A program made the position numbers and the translations under genes. The notes beneath the pieces were generated by a model, which was given only the letters and a program-made list of their open reading frames with translations, ran no database searches and was not told the origin of the DNA. Of a stretch of DNA of 64,000 nt, positions 58,401 through 64,000 are shown one piece after another. Every line of letters starts with the position of its first letter. The first letter of the stretch is position 1. The stretch is from Orbicella franksi (Eukaryota): assembly GCA_964199315.1 (NCBI GenBank), contig OZ116704.1, positions 3,224,001 through 3,288,000 on the forward strand, given 5' to 3'.

Positions 58401-61320
58401 CCGCTGTATTGAAAGACTGAAAAAAAATTAACTCTTTTTAAAAACGTATCCCACACTAGAGCAATGCAAACAATAATAAATGCTGTATCCGAAAACGAAT
58501 AACCGAGTGCTTATGGGGAGACTGAGCACTAGTACATGAAATTTCTGTATGACCCTTTAAGGGCCTTTTTAGTAAGGGCCTTACTAAAATTGTTTAGCTT
58601 TAGAAACCTGCTCTGCTTACCATTCACGCAAAAAAGTCTTTCAGACAGGTTTTTGAGCTATTTTGTTTTTAAATTAAAAAAAAAAGGAAAAATTTCTCAT
58701 TTTGTTATATTAGATTAAGAAAAATTAGTCTTCCAGATTTTATGTTCGAATTTCACATCATGAATGATTTACTGGGCCTCATGCTCAGCAAACAGTAATT
58801 AGAGGAATTAGAGGTGATATTTCTCATTGGTATAACTTTTGTTTGTACCAACTCTGAAGCACCACTCAGTTCCACTGTTTATGAGCAACCAATCAGGTTT
58901 GAGAAGATAACTTGTGTGTGCCTTTGGCCCGAATAACAAATTCGGTGTTTAATTAGAAACTTTCTATGTAAACCGTTGATATCTAGTCTGCTGTCAAAAT
59001 TGGGCATCAGTCATTTACCTTACCAAAAATTACACCCTGTAATTACTGAACTTCATGTGATAAAGTAAAAAAGCGAATTACTTAATTCTCACCCGAAAGT
59101 ATGGGCACGCGCCGAACCGTGAAACCCTCCCTTAAATTGCAATTGCAATTGCATTCATACGATGTCACGTCTTTACAGCAATACAGGATGCTTAACTGGT
59201 TTGTGGACTGTTAAACATAAAGTCTCTCTTTACAATATACTTAAAAAGTACAGCAAACAACTAAAGAGAATTGATGAAGACCATCAGCTAAAAGATATTG
59301 CCTTGTCATCTGAGAACTACCGGTAGCGCTAAAATAAACGAATAGTAATAAGTAAGGATAATTAAGACTCAGGCTTGTGACAGACAGTGTCAGTTTAAAG
59401 AACACTGTTACAGGTTTAATCTCGTTTTACCTGATCAATGTTAGAGCTAGTAAAGCTGCCCAATTATCATATCGCTTGCTGATTGGCTCTTTATTTTTTT
59501 GTAATGGTTTCACTTTCACTTTCGATTCCTGATTCCAGGCATTCTTTACACGCTTCACGTATCGAAATATACTCCTAGTTTGATGATATGCGTACAAAGA
59601 GAGGTCCTTCTTAGAGTTCGTATGAATTAGAAAGTTACCGTTTATTCGATTCTCAAGGGTCTTTTTTATAGATCGCGTTTTGACAACAGAGGTGGCATCA
59701 GGTTGCATTCTGAGAAATGAAAACAGAGGAAGTCGAATGAACGTGTGTCGTGTTCTTCGAATAATAGCGAGTCTTTTATTGGATTCATAGAGGAGCATTT
59801 AAGGTGAGTAGCTTTCTTCTTGTTTTTCAATCTTTCCAATTTTATGTCTTTAATTCCCCTATAGTGTCCATGATTCAGAACATCCGGAAACCAATCGGAT
59901 ATCATGCAATTCAAACGTCTTCGGCAGAAGTGCTAAAAGCGACGCGCGAATTAAGAACATCTCCGTTTCCGGGTCACGGCTCAAGGCTATAACGATTCGT
60001 TTGTGTTCATGTTTTGTTTGTTCGTTGAAACAGTCCTAATAACTTCGAAATGCGATCAGTGTAGAGAAGATTTATGGACGAAAAAAACGATGGTTTCGAT
60101 TCGTTGTCAAAGAAATGAATCAGTTGGTTTTCACCGCGATCGAACGTTTTGTGTTTACTTAATTCAGTACCGGTGTCGTTTCAACAACGCAGAATGTACT
60201 TAACGCAGCCAGAAGTCTCTTTCATTTGCGACATTGAGTCTGAATTATTCACTGATTCTGCTGATGTTCTACACCGCCATGGATTAAAAAAAAAGAAAAA
60301 AAACGAGTTGCCAAATTCTCCATTTGCAGCCGGCTTGTGTATAGTCGTTTTGCTGTGGAGTTAATACACTAATTTTGAAAAATGCAATTGAGTGAACTAG
60401 AGGTAAATTTCGGATTTCCGTTTGGCACCACCAGAGACAGTTTCCTGTTATAGCTATTGTTATGGCTATAAATTAATTGTATGGATTACATTCATTCGCT
60501 CAGCTAGCATTTTCGTCTGAAGTTACGCAATTTCATGCTTACACGAATATGTTCTTCGTCCATACAGTCCTTAAATCCGCGACATGGTTCAGATTTTACG
60601 TGATCTGTCAGTGCCCGTGTAGAAGCCAAAGTCCAGCGTTTAACTAATGTGTTCGACAATCACATCACAATGACATACTTTTAATGAAATTGTGTAATCT
60701 ATTAAGGTACAGAAGGAGGCCTTTTTAAAGCAATAACACACAGACAGCTCTGTAACATACGTTGAAAACTCAACTGTCGTGTATACAACGAAATGCAAAA
60801 ATTGCTCCTTGCATTGTAACGCGACACGACTCGGCCATTGCTTCAGACTCACTTAGAAAATTTATTCTGTAGACGTTTCTAGGTATTTAGCTTGTTTTTC
60901 TCGAAGAATCCCAACAGAATGGATTATAAAATGACAGCTAACAACTGACAATGTACGGACATAAGTGTACATATAGTTTTATTCTTTTGTATTGTTAACC
61001 TTAGAAAGTTTATCCAAACGTAAACATAGGTCCATTTTGCATAATAATACTTCGGTAAGAGACTTCTGAGAAATGAATAGGTTTCCCTGAAAAGAAACTT
61101 CAAAATGGAATCCGCAGTCCCCAAGAAATCATGACTCAACAAGTGATGCCGTAAACACAGATCACGTGTCCAGTACAATATGTGGCGAAGATATCACAGA
61201 TAGAAGTATCGAAATTCCGTGAAATACTTCAGCTTCCTTGACTTGTAAAGGCAAACGGGCGCCTCATAAACACACTATTGAGTCGGCTTCGAGGAAATAC
61301 CGTAAAGCAACACAGGCAAG

Positions 61321-61797
61321 ATGACTGAAGTACGACAAAGTTTTTCGCAGCAAAATCAATCTCTTCGATGGATGAAGACTTTAGTCGGTGTGATTATCGC
61401 TGGCTCGTTGTTGTTTGTCTTGTTCAAAGAACTACACTCGTTGTCCAAGGGCCTGGAAGAATCGAGCAAATCGCTGGAAGAATTGTCCAACAGACTGGCG
61501 GAGGAAGAGCAAAAGAACGTGAAATTACGTAAAGAGCTCGGACGTGTCAAGGAGAAGATGGACAATATACTGCAAGTGTTTTCAAATATGCAAAAGGTGA
61601 CTTTTGTGTGAAGGTCTTTCCTACATTAAAGGCTAATCTGCAAGCCTAGCTAAATTCATTATGCGTAATTTCCCACCTTCCCTACTTAAAACATCCATAA
61701 GCTTCTTTATCGGTGAGTTACGACCTTAGGTTAACTTTGCTTCTTCTTTTGATTTGTACTTTACAGGTCTCCCGAGACAAAAGAGCTAAAGACAAAC
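61321..61797 (+). CDS. Locus F (3' part not found in window): type II TM protein with coiled coil and furin site, probably the next cluster member
   Basis: Exon 61321-61596 (TM LVGVIIAGSLLFVLF, heptad-rich stalk, AAG|gtgact) and exon 61767-61797 (VSRDKR|AKDK, phase 0 to 1), the same first-two-exon layout as B, C and E. No collagen or THD exon was seen before 64000. Confidence 0.6.
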
Positions 61798-64000
61798 GTA
61801 AGTGTAGCTGTTTATTGGTTGTTTTGGTGCCTTGTTGATTTCGACAGTCGTTAATTACGTACGTACACAATCTTAAGTCAACTAGCGACCCTTGGTCCTA
61901 GATAAATCCGCGTCATCTTAAATCATCTTGAAGCTGTGATGATGCTAAACTTTGGTTCGCCTAAACGTTAAGATCGTGAAAAATAAAATATAACAATTTT
62001 TCTGCTTGTTTGGTAGTGCCTCTTGCAGTGAGTGGCATTTTAAGCGCGTTACTTCCGTGTCAGAAGATGAAGTGGAACGATCAATAGACGTACATTTTTT
62101 CACATGTTAGGTGCAGGAAATGAGGCCAAAATGAGAAAAATAGAGAGGAGGCACAACAGATCTCTTGGGTGGCTTTAAAGATCAAATTTGAAAAGGTTTC
62201 GTTAGCTTTCAATTGTAAAAGTAATCCCTTGAGAGCCATGCCAATATTCAGTTATTTACCCGGGATACATCCGTTTTAATAGACATTGACCCTTATCCAG
62301 TTTCAACACTAGTTACAGACTCTTATTCTAAATTTGATCCCATAAACACTGTCAAGATCACTGATAAAGAAACACGGACAAAGAAACAGACTCGGATTTT
62401 GGACTCGGAAAAACAGCACGTACCAAAGCCAAACCTTTTAGGGCAGCACATCAGCAGTAAGTTTTACTTACCAACGGAGATCAAGTACCGGAAATAAGAA
62501 CACTTTGCTTGACCTGTAGTTTGATAATTTACAAAGCATTATCCGGATGACTCTGTAGTTATTGCGACTTGATATGAACAGCATATCTATATTTACTTTG
62601 GCTGGTGTTAATCTCTCAGCTCCTCTCCGGTGTTATCAGCTTCGATCAACACGTACGTGGAAACATAACCCGAAATTAGGTTCACGATCCAGGACAGTTT
62701 CCGCGTGAACGAACAAAATGAAAGGATATAGATTTTGCGGTTTTGCGTTGGAGGATTGTCTGACGGAAGGAAGGAAATGATTATATAATTACAGTGCTAG
62801 AAGAAATAAAACAATCAAAAAGCTTCGTAAACATCCTGTATTGATAAAGGCATTTGAAATACTATATATTCATTGGCTCACAGTTGATGTCCCCTTCGAC
62901 GATGCTGAAAAGATTCAGTGACACTTTTTAAAAGGCTGAGACTTTTATTGTGTACACTTCAGCGCGTCGTCAGTACGTTTTGCACATTCTTGTAAAGGCA
63001 CACATTGTTCAGTTCGAGAGTAAGCTCTTGAAATTTCTCCCGCGGAAACCCGTTAATGTCTTATCTTAGTATTTAGCCTGTCTGCTGACAATTAATGCCC
63101 AACGTATATTCTATGATATCAACTTCTAGTTACATAAGAATCAGAAGCAAAACTTTGATTAACTCCTTCAAGTTACCCTTCTTCTCTCGAACTACTTTCC
63201 GAACCATCAAAGCTGTCGATTGAAACATGAAAGTTCTTTTTTTTTTTTTTTCCATCTAACCAGCTTTGGACTGATACGTGCGGGAATTTTACAGAAACCT
63301 CTGAAAAACAAAATGATACTTGTATATTTTTCGTCAATACAAACAGCTTCATTGAATATATAATTCTCAACAAATTAAAAGTCCTTGGGAATCGGCTAAA
63401 GAAATTCTTCAATATTTTCATCAGATTTTCAAATGAGAAACAAAATGGAAGGCTGCATTCTATATCAACTTTCCCTTAAGATCCGCGTGCTTAAAGATGC
63501 TCAGCCAGCTCACGATCAGTCATTTATAAGCCGCGTACAAAATTACCTTTGAATTGAAGGAAACCTGAGAAGAGTATTTTACTAAGATAGCAAAACTCCA
63601 AAGAGTTAATTTCGAAAACCTATCGACTTATGTTGTACGTGTTCGATCTTTAATCTTTAATTTTGATATTTGATCTTTAATCATTATTTATACACGGTAA
63701 AAACATCAGGTAGAAAAAATCACATAATAATGACTAAAAATCCAAATCCTAACATTAAATTAACTTACATTAATATGCCACTTAAGAAAAATCCTGGTTT
63801 CCATGAATGCCGTGTTTAAAAATTATGGTAGAGAAGGCGTTTAAATTTGTCCAATGAACCAGACTCTCTAATGTTACAGGGTAAGCTGTTCCAAAGGGCA
63901 GCGCCGCTGTAACTAAAACTATTTTTCATGTAGTTAGTTCTTGGAAAGGGAACAACATGTTTGTTTATCGAGTCCCTCAGAGAATAGCTTGATTCATTTC

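Noticed and set aside
55400-61300. Short ORFs in the E-F intergenic region
   Set aside because: No domain motifs or coherent splice pattern; mostly degenerate repeats.

Overview
AT-rich, intron- and TE-rich animal genomic DNA. The repeat families look like those of a stony coral or other anthozoan (inference; no search was run). The window is a head-to-tail (+ strand) cluster of type II membrane TNF-superfamily ligand genes with ectodysplasin-like architecture: TM anchor, coiled coil, furin site, CxC, Gly-X-Y collagen stalk and TNF homology domain (THD). Six loci were reconstructed by hand from GT-AG junctions and phase continuity. A (545-6118) is 5'-truncated and has two alternative THD-body exons. 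B (8376-23557) has a long collagen stalk and one THD, and ends in a dangling linker exon. C (27692-43310) has two tandem THDs (432 aa). D (46225-47570) is collagen-less and disrupted. E (48794-55130) is intact (322 aa). F (from 61321) is 3'-truncated. There are seven THD-body exons in total. Main result: C encodes two THDs in one chain, and the conserved linker exon of B is phase-compatible with the THD exons of C, which could give a three-THD, single-chain-trimer-like ligand. The cluster also shows a gene-conversion tract between THDs with only nonsynonymous differences, paralog-specific furin sites, modular collagen-exon expansion and conserved kappaB-like promoter sites. Introns hold a very young 7.1-kb RT-less LTR element, BEL/Pao, Penelope (with a hammerhead-like motif) and Academ-like remnants, and many MITEs. 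All gene models are unverified by RNA data.
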